Position numbers and translations under genes: made by a program. A stretch of DNA of 64,000 nt from an uncultured virus (IMG/VR IMGVR_UViG_3300037245_004243) (taxonomy: Duplodnaviria > Heunggongvirae > Uroviricota > Caudoviricetes): IMG/VR virus record IMGVR_UViG_3300037245_004243, positions 1 to 64,000 of that record. One strand, written 5' to 3'. This document shows, in pieces, positions 9,205 to 19,347 of the stretch. Each line of letters opens with the position of its first letter. Positions within the stretch are counted from its first letter, which is position 1. The notes under the pieces are model-generated. The model saw nothing but the letters and a program-made list of their open reading frames with translations, ran no database searches and was not told where the DNA came from.

Positions 9205-9660
9205 AAATTAAGGGGGAATTAATGTTAGAAAAAGTTTGCAATTTTAAACCAATACCACATAACAAAAAGCCGGTGTCAGGTGGACCGGGCGAGGCAGATA
9301 TGTATCCAACGGGATGGAACTGGCCGGTCCCCAAAGACGATGTGGGCCAAAGCGTTTCATGAGTAATAATGGCTTGACAACACCGAATACTGTGCTATAA
9401 TTGTAATCAACTTCAAACGTGAAAGGAAATAATATTATGTGCCCATTTTTTAAAGAAGATGATAACGATTATGGAATTTGCAAGGAACCACGAGGGTCCG
9501 GCACTTCACCATGTACCAAAGACCACTTGAATCATACCGATTGCATTTATTTTCAAGACGACGAAAATGCCATCGATGTCGAAAAGAATTAATGCGTGAT
9601 ACGCGATCTGCAAGGCCAGCAGAGAGAAACCGTTAACAAGGGAATACGCAACCCTAACTT

Positions 9661-9693
9661 AAAGGCACAATTTCATAGAGATTGTGCCTTTTT
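9661..9693 (+). terminator. Intrinsic terminator
   Basis: AAAGGCACAAT...ATTGTGCCTTTTT hairpin. Confidence 0.7.
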
Positions 9694-9739
9694 CTTGTGA
9701 CAAAACGTCGATTTTATAGTATAATTAGTTTAATTTGAA

Positions 9740-10099
9740 TTGGAGATTGATATGAAAGATATATATTTTAATGACTTTCCATGTGAAGAAAAGGCTTGTT
9801 CACTGTCTTGTAATGGGACCTGTACCGTGCCGCCACCGCCGATCACAATAGAAAAACTCCGTGAACGGATCACCTGTATTATGCCGGGGCCACTCCCCCT
9901 ATTTTACACTTCCAATATTATCGATCCCGATGACTGCTTCAAAATAGCGCCGGGGAAATTATTGCACTGGGCGTGTTATGAATCATTTAATTTTGACAAA
10001 AATATCGAAGAGGTGTATATTTGTGGAAAGAATGTTCGAGACTCCCTTATCAAAAAGGGTGTTGCCTTTCAAAACTATAATCCGGAGGATGAGAAATGA
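9740..10099 (+). CDS. Hypothetical Cys-rich protein
   Basis: Follows GTGACA-N17-TATAAT; probable start at the ATG at 9752. Confidence 0.6.
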   Translation: MEIDMKDIYFNDFPCEEKACSLSCNGTCTVPPPPITIEKLRERITCIMPGPLPLFYTSNIIDPDDCFKIAPGKLLHWACYESFNFDKNIEEVYICGKNVRDSLIKKGVAFQNYNPEDEK

Positions 10100-10317
10100 A
10101 AAAGCTAATCGTAGTTGCATGTGTTGATGGAATCGAATGTCCGAAAATTGAAATGGTCGAGGGATGCGCTTTGTGTCAAACGTATGACAGCCCGGCCAGC
10201 CAACAGCACCGTTTTGGCAAGAAAGATGCATGTGGCGTTATGCCGCGACCGGCAGAGACTGTCACGAAAACCAAAACTCGGGGTCAGGGCAAAACCAGAT
10301 CAGGGGGTAACAGATAG

Positions 10318-10800
10318 ATGGAAGAATTGTATGATTTTTATATTGCCGCGCCGCTGTTCACCGATGCCCAAAAGGATTATAATTTTGGTTTGTATACCGA
10401 TCTTATAAGCAAAGGATTTAAAGTATTTTTACCACAGCTAACATCAGGTAAGGATACTGATTATCTTTTCAAAAAGAATCTGGTAAACCTTATGTGGTCC
10501 AGAATGGTCATTGCAATTTGCGACGGGGCTGATATGGATTCCGGCACTTCCTGGGAGTGTGGTAAATTTCATGGTCACGGCAAAATGTATGCTCTTCGCA
10601 CAGATATTCGGAAGAGCGCCGATGACCCGGCAACTGGGATTAATCTTATGATAGGTAAAAGCGCCGACCGCATATTTACCAACAAAGCAGAACTGGTCTC
10701 CTGGATGGTTCAGACCATAAGACCTCACTCGAAAAAAGGGTTGGTCAGAGCGAATTGGACGGAAGCACAATACAAATTGAACGGGTTTGATCGGGGATAA
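10318..10800 (+). CDS. Nucleoside 2-deoxyribosyltransferase / N-glycosidase family protein
   Basis: YIAAPLF, VFLPQ, DG.D.DSGT.WE.G, RTD.R and NLMI motifs. Confidence 0.88.
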   Translation: MEELYDFYIAAPLFTDAQKDYNFGLYTDLISKGFKVFLPQLTSGKDTDYLFKKNLVNLMWSRMVIAICDGADMDSGTSWECGKFHGHGKMYALRTDIRKSADDPATGINLMIGKSADRIFTNKAELVSWMVQTIRPHSKKGLVRANWTEAQYKLNGFDRG

Positions 10801-11079
10801 AATGATAGAATATAAACCAACGCAAGGGCTTAAAGGCAAGGCAAGGGCGCAGAAATATTTGAAATTGCATAGTGATGATTACAATGATTTCAATGTGTTT
10901 TGCCCTTGCATTGGGGACGATTGCCGGGAAGAGTATTGTGCTTCTTGGGTAAAGGCTGAAGTCGTCTTATCAAATCCAGGTCGACATCCAGAAAATAGCA
11001 TTTACGATATTGTGCCGGGATATTGCCGAAACCCAATGATAACCGGGATAATTAAAACAACAACTTAGGGGAATGAATT

Positions 11080-11733
11080 ATGTTTATTACATTTGAAGGC
11101 GGGGAAGGGTCCGGCAAAACCACGCACATGGCCAAATTAGCAGAACGGTTGCGGGAGCAGGGATATTCTGTCCGCACCACGCAAGATCCAGGCGGCGCCG
11201 AAATTAGCATCCGACTTCGACCGCTATTGCTTGACATAAGCTATGAGATCAGCCGCGAGGCAGAATTTTTGTTATATCTCGCCGCTCGAGCTGAACTCGT
11301 CGACAAGATTATCAAGCCATGTATGAAAGAGGTACCTTTAGATTTCATTTTGTGTGACCGGTTTTATGATTCCACCGCCGTGTACCAGGGAGTCATTCGG
11401 GGATGGGATAAAGTAATTGCATGCGATCATTGCCAATCTAAAGGAATTGTTGAAGACATGCACCGGTTATTTTCCCATGATATCCAGCCGGATTATACCT
11501 TCCTTTTTGACGTTAATCCTGTCTTGGGACTGAATCGATCATTGGGTGAAGAAAAGGATGAGAGCCGATGGGAAGAGGAAGGCCTGGCCATCCATGCCAA
11601 AATCAACAATGCATTCATGGATTTGGCAGAAATGTATGAAGACCGCTTTTTGATTATCGATGCCAATGAAGAACTCGATGACGTCTATCGTGAACTGGAA
11701 GCAACTTTTAAACGGGAGATATTAAATGTCTGA
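11080..11733 (+). CDS. tmk: Thymidylate (dNMP) kinase
   Basis: FITFEGGEGSGKTT P-loop, CDRFYDST.VYQG and PD.T..FD motifs. Confidence 0.95.
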   Translation: MFITFEGGEGSGKTTHMAKLAERLREQGYSVRTTQDPGGAEISIRLRPLLLDISYEISREAEFLLYLAARAELVDKIIKPCMKEVPLDFILCDRFYDSTAVYQGVIRGWDKVIACDHCQSKGIVEDMHRLFSHDIQPDYTFLFDVNPVLGLNRSLGEEKDESRWEEEGLAIHAKINNAFMDLAEMYEDRFLIIDANEELDDVYRELEATFKREILNV

Positions 11734-12682
11734 AGAAAAAAGATGGTCAACACCAGATCCGGCAAGACCGGACGAGTCAAAATGGTCTGAGCAACCGACC
11801 AAGGCCGGGCAGACACATTCTATTGAAGCCGCGCCGATTGAAAAACACCTCGAAGGTGGTATAAAATCATCTGGCGAAAAGCGTGACTTCGGCACCGGGG
11901 CACATCGGGACAGCAATACCAAAATCAAAAAAGGCCGGATGGATTTAATTCCTGCCGTCGCCATGACCCGCTTTGCAAAGTTTCTTACTGAATCGGCACT
12001 TCCCTTAAGTAAGGGGAAAGTTCATTCACTTTCTTGCTATAACGACGCCATGCAAAGTATGTATGCCTGGCTTGAAGGCGACCGGATGCCATGTGATATG
12101 GCCGACGCGCCGAAATCGTATGACGTTGTTAATTTTGATCATCTTTCTTGTGTACTTTTAAACGTGCAGGATATGATGCATATAGACGAAGATTTGCCTT
12201 TATGGTACCCTGAACCATCACTTGGTTATGATGATCTTGGTCCGCGTTTTGACAAAATATCACCGCTATTTCTGAAACGTGTTTCAATCCATTATCAACT
12301 TGGCGGGATAAATTACGGAGACCGCAATTGGGAAAAGGGCATGCCAGCAATGGTTACCTGGGACTGCGCCGCCAGGCACCTCGCTAATTGGCTTGAAAAA
12401 GAAATGACTGAAGATCATCTGGCCGCGATTGGCTGGAATATTATGTGCACAATGCACACAATTGCAATGATCAATCGAGGGATATTGTCGCCAGAAATGT
12501 TCACGCCGCCGCTTTATATCGCCGCCCGTAAAATCGAATCATATGACCCGAAACCGGTCTGCGAATTTAATCAGTCTGATTTTGAATTTCAAATGGGTGA
12601 AGATGATTATGAAGGCGAGTCGAGTATCATTTTTGATGATGGAACTAACGTGCCCAACATCCACAAAAAGAAATTGAACTAA
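11726..12682 (+). CDS. dATP/dGTP diphosphohydrolase (DUF5664-like), apparently with a duplicated domain
   Basis: F.TGA.RD...KGR.DLIP, G..NYGDRNWEKGM and A.RHL..W...EDHLAA..WN motifs. Confidence 0.8.
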   Translation: MSEEKRWSTPDPARPDESKWSEQPTKAGQTHSIEAAPIEKHLEGGIKSSGEKRDFGTGAHRDSNTKIKKGRMDLIPAVAMTRFAKFLTESALPLSKGKVHSLSCYNDAMQSMYAWLEGDRMPCDMADAPKSYDVVNFDHLSCVLLNVQDMMHIDEDLPLWYPEPSLGYDDLGPRFDKISPLFLKRVSIHYQLGGINYGDRNWEKGMPAMVTWDCAARHLANWLEKEMTEDHLAAIGWNIMCTMHTIAMINRGILSPEMFTPPLYIAARKIESYDPKPVCEFNQSDFEFQMGEDDYEGESSIIFDDGTNVPNIHKKKLN

Positions 12683-12859
12683 AACACCGCTTAAAGGGGG
12701 ACCGATGAAAATCAAAGGAATCGAAAAGATGTCAGTGGAAGACCTGCAGAAAAAGGCCGCTTACCTGACCGCCACGGGCCGCGCCGGGGATCACATAATG
12801 AAATATATTAAATTTCATTTGAGGCGCCTGACCGGAATGAAATATATTAAAATATATTA

Positions 12860-12907
12860 AAATAAAGCTAAAGTTTTCTTGACAGATGCCGATAATAGTT
12901 ATAGTAT
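12860..12907 (+). promoter_or_regulatory. Early promoter cassette, copy 3
   Basis: ATAAAGCTAAAGTT + TTGACA(12879)-N17-TAGTAT. Confidence 0.85.
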
Positions 12908-13094
12908 TGGACAATAAACAAGGAGACTTGAATATGAAAAAAGGCGACAAAGTACAATATACCGGCAAAGGTTTTCTCAATTTCGATCCTGATAAAACCG
13001 AAATGACCGTGTTGGAAGTAAAAGCAAACGATGTAATGGTAGACTATATGGGCCGGGAAATGCTGGTCCGCAACTATGAGGTGAAATAAAAATT

Positions 13095-13382
13095 ATGGAA
13101 AAAGAATTAGCCGAAAAAATCGTCGAGTTAATGGAAGACGCCGGGAAAGAGACCAGAATGGTCTTCAACTATTCTGGCCGGGGTATGTACAAAAAATCAA
13201 CAGCCGGGGTAGTATGCGACAGCATCGCTGACCTGCTCGCGACAGTAATAAATAATGCCGATCAATTTTGCACGTCGCCCTGGGACGAGGGTGACGACTT
13301 CGACGACTTCGAACCAGAACCCCTTTTTAGTGCAGACAGGTTTAATATCGACAGCATGGGATTATCAACAATCGTATATTAG
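13095..13382 (+). CDS. Conserved phage hypothetical protein
   Basis: YSGRGMY...D.MG...IVY motif typical of small early phage proteins. Confidence 0.65.
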   Translation: MEKELAEKIVELMEDAGKETRMVFNYSGRGMYKKSTAGVVCDSIADLLATVINNADQFCTSPWDEGDDFDDFEPEPLFSADRFNIDSMGLSTIVY

Positions 13383-13393
13383 GAGAATTGAAA

Positions 13394-14833
13394 ATGCAAT
13401 ATTCGGGAAATATAAAAGTACCTGAAAAAATAAGAACTTTTCTGTCGCAGTTGGAACAGAATGGTCATGCCGCCTATATCGTCGGAGGCGCCGTCCGTGA
13501 TATGCTCATCGGTATAGAGCCGGAAGATTGGGATATCGCCACGTCCGCCGTGCCAGGCCAGATAAAAGCAACTTTCATGTACCTCATCAAATCGGTAAAA
13601 CAAATCGATGCCGCCTTTCCGGTTGTGCTTGTTGACGGGATCGAAATAGCAACATTCAGAGTTGATGCATATGAGAACGGGGAACAGGTTACGGTAGAAA
13701 CAGTCAAAACTATTGAAAAGGATCTCGCTCGCCGGGATTTGACCGTCAACGCAATGGCAATGGATAAAAACGGAAATATCTTCGATCCATATGGTGGACA
13801 CAGGGATTTGGTAAACGGCATTATTCGGTTTGTTGGAGATCCAGTAAAAAGAATATACGAGGACCCTTGTAGAATTATCCGCGCATGTCGTTTTCTGGCA
13901 TCAATTGATGGGCATTTTAGCGAGGGAACACACGTCGCGTTGTATAATTCTGTACATTATGGTCACCACGTTAAAATACCTTCGGAGCGCATTCGATTAG
14001 AAATTTTGAAGGCCATGAAATGTAAGAAGGCCAGTAAATTTTTCATCGCTCTGCATGGAATAGGTTTGCTGGCAGAAATACTCCCGAGCCTTGCCGCAAC
14101 ATTCGGTGCCGATCACGGCCAGTACCATTCCGAAAATATTTTTGATCATATGATGATTGCCGGGGATTTTGCCGGGAAGCATTTTCCAGCACACTGCTTG
14201 AGAAAGCCGATGTTCAGACTGGTTAATTATTTACACGATATCGGCAAGAGCACCCCAAATTATAAAGACGGTGACGTCCATTTTTATGATCATGAAGTCA
14301 AGGGCGCCGCGATGATCGAGACGGAATTAAAATCCTTGAAATTTACGACCGCCGAGATCAAATATGCCAAGAATCTGGTCCTCGTCCATATGAGGGGCCA
14401 TGTAAAAATGAGCCCTAAATCGACTCGGAAATGTATAAAAACCTTTCGGAAGCTGGATGTAAACTGGAAAGAGTGGCTGGCATTAAAATGTGCCGACCGA
14501 GCCGCCAACGTCAGCAGATCATCGCAACCGCTCAAGGTACAGAAAATTGCAAAAAAGTTTCTGCATGAGCTGGAAGATAAGCCGCACAAAAAGGGGCCGG
14601 GGGATCAGCACTTTTATGATTCAGCCAAACAACACCCGAAACCTTGCTTTGAAATAAAGCAATTAGCCATATCCGGCACGCGCATCCAGAAACTTTTAGG
14701 TATTGGGCCGAGTATGGTGATCGGGGTTATTTTAGAATTTCTGCTCACCCAGGTCATTAATAATCCCGATCTGAATACCAGGGAGCAGCTCGATGATTTG
14801 ATTATCGGCAAGCAAAAAGCGCGTACAATCTAA
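13394..14833 (+). CDS. cca: tRNA nucleotidyltransferase (CCA/A-adding, class II) with HD domain
   Basis: VGGAVRD, D.DIAT, DL.RRDLT.NA and EDP.RI.RA.RF motifs; HD domain H..LHDIGK..H..D. Confidence 0.93.
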   Translation: MQYSGNIKVPEKIRTFLSQLEQNGHAAYIVGGAVRDMLIGIEPEDWDIATSAVPGQIKATFMYLIKSVKQIDAAFPVVLVDGIEIATFRVDAYENGEQVTVETVKTIEKDLARRDLTVNAMAMDKNGNIFDPYGGHRDLVNGIIRFVGDPVKRIYEDPCRIIRACRFLASIDGHFSEGTHVALYNSVHYGHHVKIPSERIRLEILKAMKCKKASKFFIALHGIGLLAEILPSLAATFGADHGQYHSENIFDHMMIAGDFAGKHFPAHCLRKPMFRLVNYLHDIGKSTPNYKDGDVHFYDHEVKGAAMIETELKSLKFTTAEIKYAKNLVLVHMRGHVKMSPKSTRKCIKTFRKLDVNWKEWLALKCADRAANVSRSSQPLKVQKIAKKFLHELEDKPHKKGPGDQHFYDSAKQHPKPCFEIKQLAISGTRIQKLLGIGPSMVIGVILEFLLTQVINNPDLNTREQLDDLIIGKQKARTI

Positions 14834-15087
14834 GGTGAAGTTATGTATGTAAATCCAAAAAATCTACCCAAACAAAGTCAAAAACGCTTTTATGGGTTTT
14901 TAATGACAAGTATTTTGCCACGGGTATTCAAGACCTTCCATGAAATGGGAGGACCGCTCAAATATCTATGGGATAAACCGGGGCAAGTAAAAAAGTTTCA
15001 ATATCAAATTAAAATCGAAATGGAAAAGGGCAATTACATCAACGTCATTATTATGGCAACAATCGTATTATTTCAGAGGGAGAAATT

Positions 15088-15711
15088 ATGAAATTTGATT
15101 GGACATTCACCATCAAAAAACATGGCAAAACACTTTATTCGAAAACTTGGGTCGAACACAGATTATATTTCTGGAATCCCATTAGCTGGATTATGGATCG
15201 CTTCGCCTCGGCAAAAGCAGTGATAAAGGAATTTTGGGAACTGGCCACAGAAAAGATGGATTATGTCGATAAGTGGAGTATGGTACCACTCGCCGGGAGT
15301 CTTGCTATTTCCGCAGTATTTGTGGTCTTGGTATGGCCGTCGACCATATGGCTTATCGCCCTTATTCCGGTTGCCTTTATCCAAAATATGATGTTTACCT
15401 TGGTCAGCAGGAGCCGGAATTCTCAGGATACCGATTACCATCGATATTGTGCCTGGGGTAGCAACGGGGTCTGGTTCATTTGCCAGATCATGATCGTGAA
15501 AAATATCTGGACCGCGATCAACGCCGGGCAATGGTGGTATGCCATCCTTGCCGGGGTTGTTTATTCTCTGGCTACCACCGAGGGGTCCGTGCTTATGATG
15601 AAGCGCCTTATTAAATCGGAATCGGGCAAGCGCCGTGTCGGAGCAAACGATAAGATTGATGGCCTGGAAAGTCGCATCGCCGAATTGGAAAAATTTAGCC
15701 TTCGGTCTTGA
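15088..15711 (+). CDS. Multi-pass membrane protein
   Basis: Several hydrophobic helices; QN..FT.VSRSRN motif. Confidence 0.7.
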   Translation: MKFDWTFTIKKHGKTLYSKTWVEHRLYFWNPISWIMDRFASAKAVIKEFWELATEKMDYVDKWSMVPLAGSLAISAVFVVLVWPSTIWLIALIPVAFIQNMMFTLVSRSRNSQDTDYHRYCAWGSNGVWFICQIMIVKNIWTAINAGQWWYAILAGVVYSLATTEGSVLMMKRLIKSESGKRRVGANDKIDGLESRIAELEKFSLRS

Positions 15712-15792
15712 GACATTTGTGTCAAGTAAAACACATTTATGCTATAATGGATACAAAGATAAATAAACGGATAAACTAAGGAGATTGAAAGT

Positions 15793-16455
15793 ATGAAAAT
15801 TAGCCAAAACACGTTTGATATCATGAAAAACTTCACCACAGTCAACAATTCGATTTTAGTCAACGAGCCTTCGGTCTTGAAGACAATTTCTGTTGCCGAA
15901 AATATCATCGGCATCTATGATATCGAGGAGACCTTCCCTAACTGGCAATTGTATAATTCGGTGACCTTCATGTCAATGGTTTCCCTTTTCGGCCTGGACG
16001 CAATCGATTTTGATTTTCAGGAACTTTGTGTTGTTCTCAAATCACCTGGAGCCAGGGCCACTATCATGTATGACAGCACCGAACTGATCCCGAAACTTGG
16101 AGATCTGAAACCATCGAGCTCATATAAAAAATATGACAAATTCAATGCCACCTTTTCCTTGTCTTCCAACAAAATCGGTCAGATCCAGAAGGCCGCGAAT
16201 ATCCTGGGATTGCCGGATATGAAGATAAGAATGAAAGACGGCAAAGGGCTTATCACCATCAACGATGATGAAAACCCGGATTCAAATCTGCTGAAAATGG
16301 CCATAAGTGGAGAGGGCGATTGCGGAATCACTATGATGGTCAAAAACCTGCAAATTTTCGCCGGGGATTATAACGTTTCAGTCTCCTCGGATGTTTTATC
16401 GAAATTCCATCACGACAAGATGCCGCTGTTTTATGTGGTAGCCGCTAAAAAATAA
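15793..16455 (+). CDS. 45: Sliding clamp (gp45-like)
   Basis: MKIS..T..I.KNF..VNNSI, LKTIS, and NLQI..GDY.V C-terminus; 220 aa. Confidence 0.88.
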   Translation: MKISQNTFDIMKNFTTVNNSILVNEPSVLKTISVAENIIGIYDIEETFPNWQLYNSVTFMSMVSLFGLDAIDFDFQELCVVLKSPGARATIMYDSTELIPKLGDLKPSSSYKKYDKFNATFSLSSNKIGQIQKAANILGLPDMKIRMKDGKGLITINDDENPDSNLLKMAISGEGDCGITMMVKNLQIFAGDYNVSVSSDVLSKFHHDKMPLFYVVAAKK

Positions 16456-16464
16456 GGTTTCACA

Positions 16465-16531
16465 CCGAGATGCAGGAAAGGTCAGCATCCGGAACCCCAA
16501 GGGAAGGCGCAGTGTCGGCCTTCCCTTTTTT
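16465..16531 (+). terminator. Conserved stem motif followed by an intrinsic terminator
   Basis: CCGAGATGC...GCATCCGG stem, then GGGAAGGC/GCCTTCCC and a T tract. Confidence 0.7.
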
Positions 16532-16584
16532 ACTTGACAATACAATAAATATATAGTAGGATTTAGAATAAAAAGGGAGGACTT

Positions 16585-17700
16585 ATGGCTGATTTAAAAG
16601 TCGAAATTGTCAAAATCACCGAAATCAAAGAGCACCCAAATGCCGATAGAATGGAATTGGCATTTATCGGGGGTTGGCAGACCTGCGTGACTATCGATAA
16701 ATTTAAAGTCGGAGACCGGGTCGTTTATTTGCCGGTCGATTGCATTGTGCCACATGACGTGGAAAATATTCTTTTTCCGCCCGATGCATTAGTTAAATTA
16801 CATAGGTCAAGAATTCGGTCGATCAAATTGCGGAAAGCTATGTCCCAGGGCATGATCGAATTTCCTGAAACATTAGGGTTGAACCCGAATATCAAAGTCG
16901 GCACCGATGTCGCCAAAAAACTTGGGATTACCAAATATGAGCCACCGGTTAAAAGTATGCCGGGCATCATAAAAGTGAAACCGAAAAAACTCAAGAACTC
17001 GGATTTTAAAGTTTACACCGACATCAACCATTTCAAATATTACATTCAAGCAATGGAAGGAATGCGGATTTGGGGCACCGAAAAAGTCCACGGCACAAAC
17101 TTTCGTTCTGGTTGGGTCAAATATAACGCCTATAATTGGTGGAGAAAAATCGCCAAAAGGTTAGGGTTCAAAAATTTTCAGTGGGAATTTGCCTGGGGTT
17201 CACATCGGGTTGAGCTTACGCGAAAGGGCCGACGTTCGACGGGTTTTTATGGGAAGGACGTATATGGCATCATAGCGGAAAAATACAACCTGAAGCACCT
17301 CCTTAAGCCTGGGGAAGTAATCTATGCCGAGATCTATGGCCGGGGCATTCAGAAAAAGTATGATTACGGTCTGAAAGAAAATGATTTCAGGATGGTCGTC
17401 ATCGATGTGATGATAGACGGGAAATATATCGATGGACCGGACGCAAAGCAATTTTGTGACATGCTCGATCTACCTTATGCTCCCGTGCTTATCAGTGGCG
17501 ATATTTTCGACTATGAAAAATGCCTGGCCGCTGGCAATCCCAAAGGCAATAAATCGAAACTATGCAAGAAAATGCAAGCGCCGATGGAAGGTATTGTCAT
17601 CAAACCCATTACTGAAACCAAAGGTTACATGGGTCGAATGGTCTTCAAATTACTCAATGACGCCTATTGGTTAGCGAAAGGAAATTCAGATTGGCATTAA
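16585..17700 (+). CDS. ATP-dependent RNA ligase (Rnl2 / DRB0094 family)
   Basis: N-terminal HPNADR.E...GW OB-like module; TEKVHGTN, YAEIYG.GIQ, EGIVIKP and FK motifs. Confidence 0.9.
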   Translation: MADLKVEIVKITEIKEHPNADRMELAFIGGWQTCVTIDKFKVGDRVVYLPVDCIVPHDVENILFPPDALVKLHRSRIRSIKLRKAMSQGMIEFPETLGLNPNIKVGTDVAKKLGITKYEPPVKSMPGIIKVKPKKLKNSDFKVYTDINHFKYYIQAMEGMRIWGTEKVHGTNFRSGWVKYNAYNWWRKIAKRLGFKNFQWEFAWGSHRVELTRKGRRSTGFYGKDVYGIIAEKYNLKHLLKPGEVIYAEIYGRGIQKKYDYGLKENDFRMVVIDVMIDGKYIDGPDAKQFCDMLDLPYAPVLISGDIFDYEKCLAAGNPKGNKSKLCKKMQAPMEGIVIKPITETKGYMGRMVFKLLNDAYWLAKGNSDWH

Positions 17701-17820
17701 AAAAACCAGAATGGCCGGAAGGGCCGGAATTTCGTGACGATTTCCCGGAATGTGTACCTATCATTCCGGGGGCAATTATCCTTTTAGTTATGATAATCGT
17801 CTTATTGATTTGGGGGTAAA

Positions 17821-17994
17821 ATGGACGGACTGGAACTTCGAAAAAAAATTCAAAAACTCCGTGAAATAACCGGAGCTGGATTATTGGACTGTAAACGCGC
17901 CATTGAGCAATCTTCAAATATGAAAGATGCAATTAAATATATCAGAAACTTACATATGGGCGTTGACAAAAATATAATTCGGAGCTATTATTAG
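17821..17994 (+). CDS. Stand-alone EF-Ts N-terminal (UBA-like) domain, 57 aa
   Basis: Hand translation MDGLELRKKIQKLREITGAGLLDCKRAIEQSSNMKDAIKYIRNLHMGVDKNIIRSYY matches the EF-Ts signature LRxxTGAGxxDCKxA. GGGG RBS. Confidence 0.8.
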   Translation: MDGLELRKKIQKLREITGAGLLDCKRAIEQSSNMKDAIKYIRNLHMGVDKNIIRSYY

Positions 17995-18848
17995 TCAAGA
18001 TCAAGAAAGGGAGAGAATGTATATTTTAATTTTTGAGGATGGCAGCATAGGAAAAACGGAAAAAATATCTGAATCCGAGATAGAATCATGCAATGACGGG
18101 ATTCTCGATATCATAGACATCGAAAATATGACGACCTTAAATGGTGATGATTGGGTCGCCATAGAATCAGTTTAAATCAGTTTAAACCCAAACACAAGGA
18201 GAATTGAACATGAAAACTTTTGAAATGCTAACGGGGTATGAGGCCGAATACGAAACCATGCTGAAAACAGAACTGGATCGCCTGATCTCCAAAAAGAAAG
18301 GGACCGGGATTACCTTCAAAGAAGACAATATGATTTATCAGCTCTCGATCCACCTCGGCATCACGGTCGACCTGCTCAGCCAACGGGAAACCAAAACCGC
18401 CGCCGTCAAGGATATCGGAATCGAATCCTACAACTAACCTCCTGGTTGCGGGGCGTTGTCCATTTGGGCAACGCCCCAAAATTCTGCAAAAGAGGTATTA
18501 AAATGTTTTATATATTCGAAGTGCAAAACGCTAAAAAAGCGAGCTGGAAGAAAGAGGCAATAAAAATAAGTGAGAGTTTTGCCAGACCAGTAATCATCGA
18601 GGTAAAATCAATCGTCGTGCCTCCTAAAAAATCTCTTTTCGAGAGAATTAAAAATACTTTGAGGAAAAATTAAAAATTATGTACCGAGCAATTTTAAAAG
18701 ATAGTCATAGTCTGGATAAAGCAACCGTTTTCAAATGTGAATCGTGTGGCAATATCGAAATTAAGCCAACCATCTGTCCTACTTCGGGCATGAAAGCCGG
18801 GCATGGATTTGAGCACATTTGCTCAAAGTGCAGGGGCCTGTTAAAAAC

Positions 18849-19093
18849 AATTTTGACGACGAAAGGAGATTGAGATATAATGTGGTATAATGGATTAAAA
18901 CAAAGGAGAATTGAATTATGAAACTTTTTGAATTCACTCAAAAGAATGGACCTTCGGGCATCAACACCACAATTACCATCCCGCCGATAATGTGCGGCAT
19001 TATTATTTCGGTCACATTAATAATCGCATTCATTCTTTCTTAAGGGAGAGTGATATGGAAATTTTGACGACGAAAGGAGATTGAGATATAATG
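18849..19093 (+). repeat. 34-bp direct repeat (18849-18882 and 19060-19093), a combined promoter and RBS
   Basis: AATTTTGACGACGAAAGGAGATTGAGATATAATG occurs twice. Confidence 0.9.
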
Positions 19094-19347
19094 GTTGATA
19101 TAAAAAGGTTGGAAAAGTTGAAAAAATTCCGCGCAGAACTAAAAATCAAGGAAGTCGATGTCGATGCAAACAAGAACGCTGATATGAAGGTGGACGATTT
19201 GAGATGTGCCGGGTGTGGATTCCTTGATGATTATAAGGAGTTTAAACGCCGGGGGGAAATGACAATTTGTTCGCGATGCAACGGCAGCGAAATCTTTGAT
19301 TTTTACGGTTTGCCATACAACCATGACGACGCAAAGAGGAGAAAACG

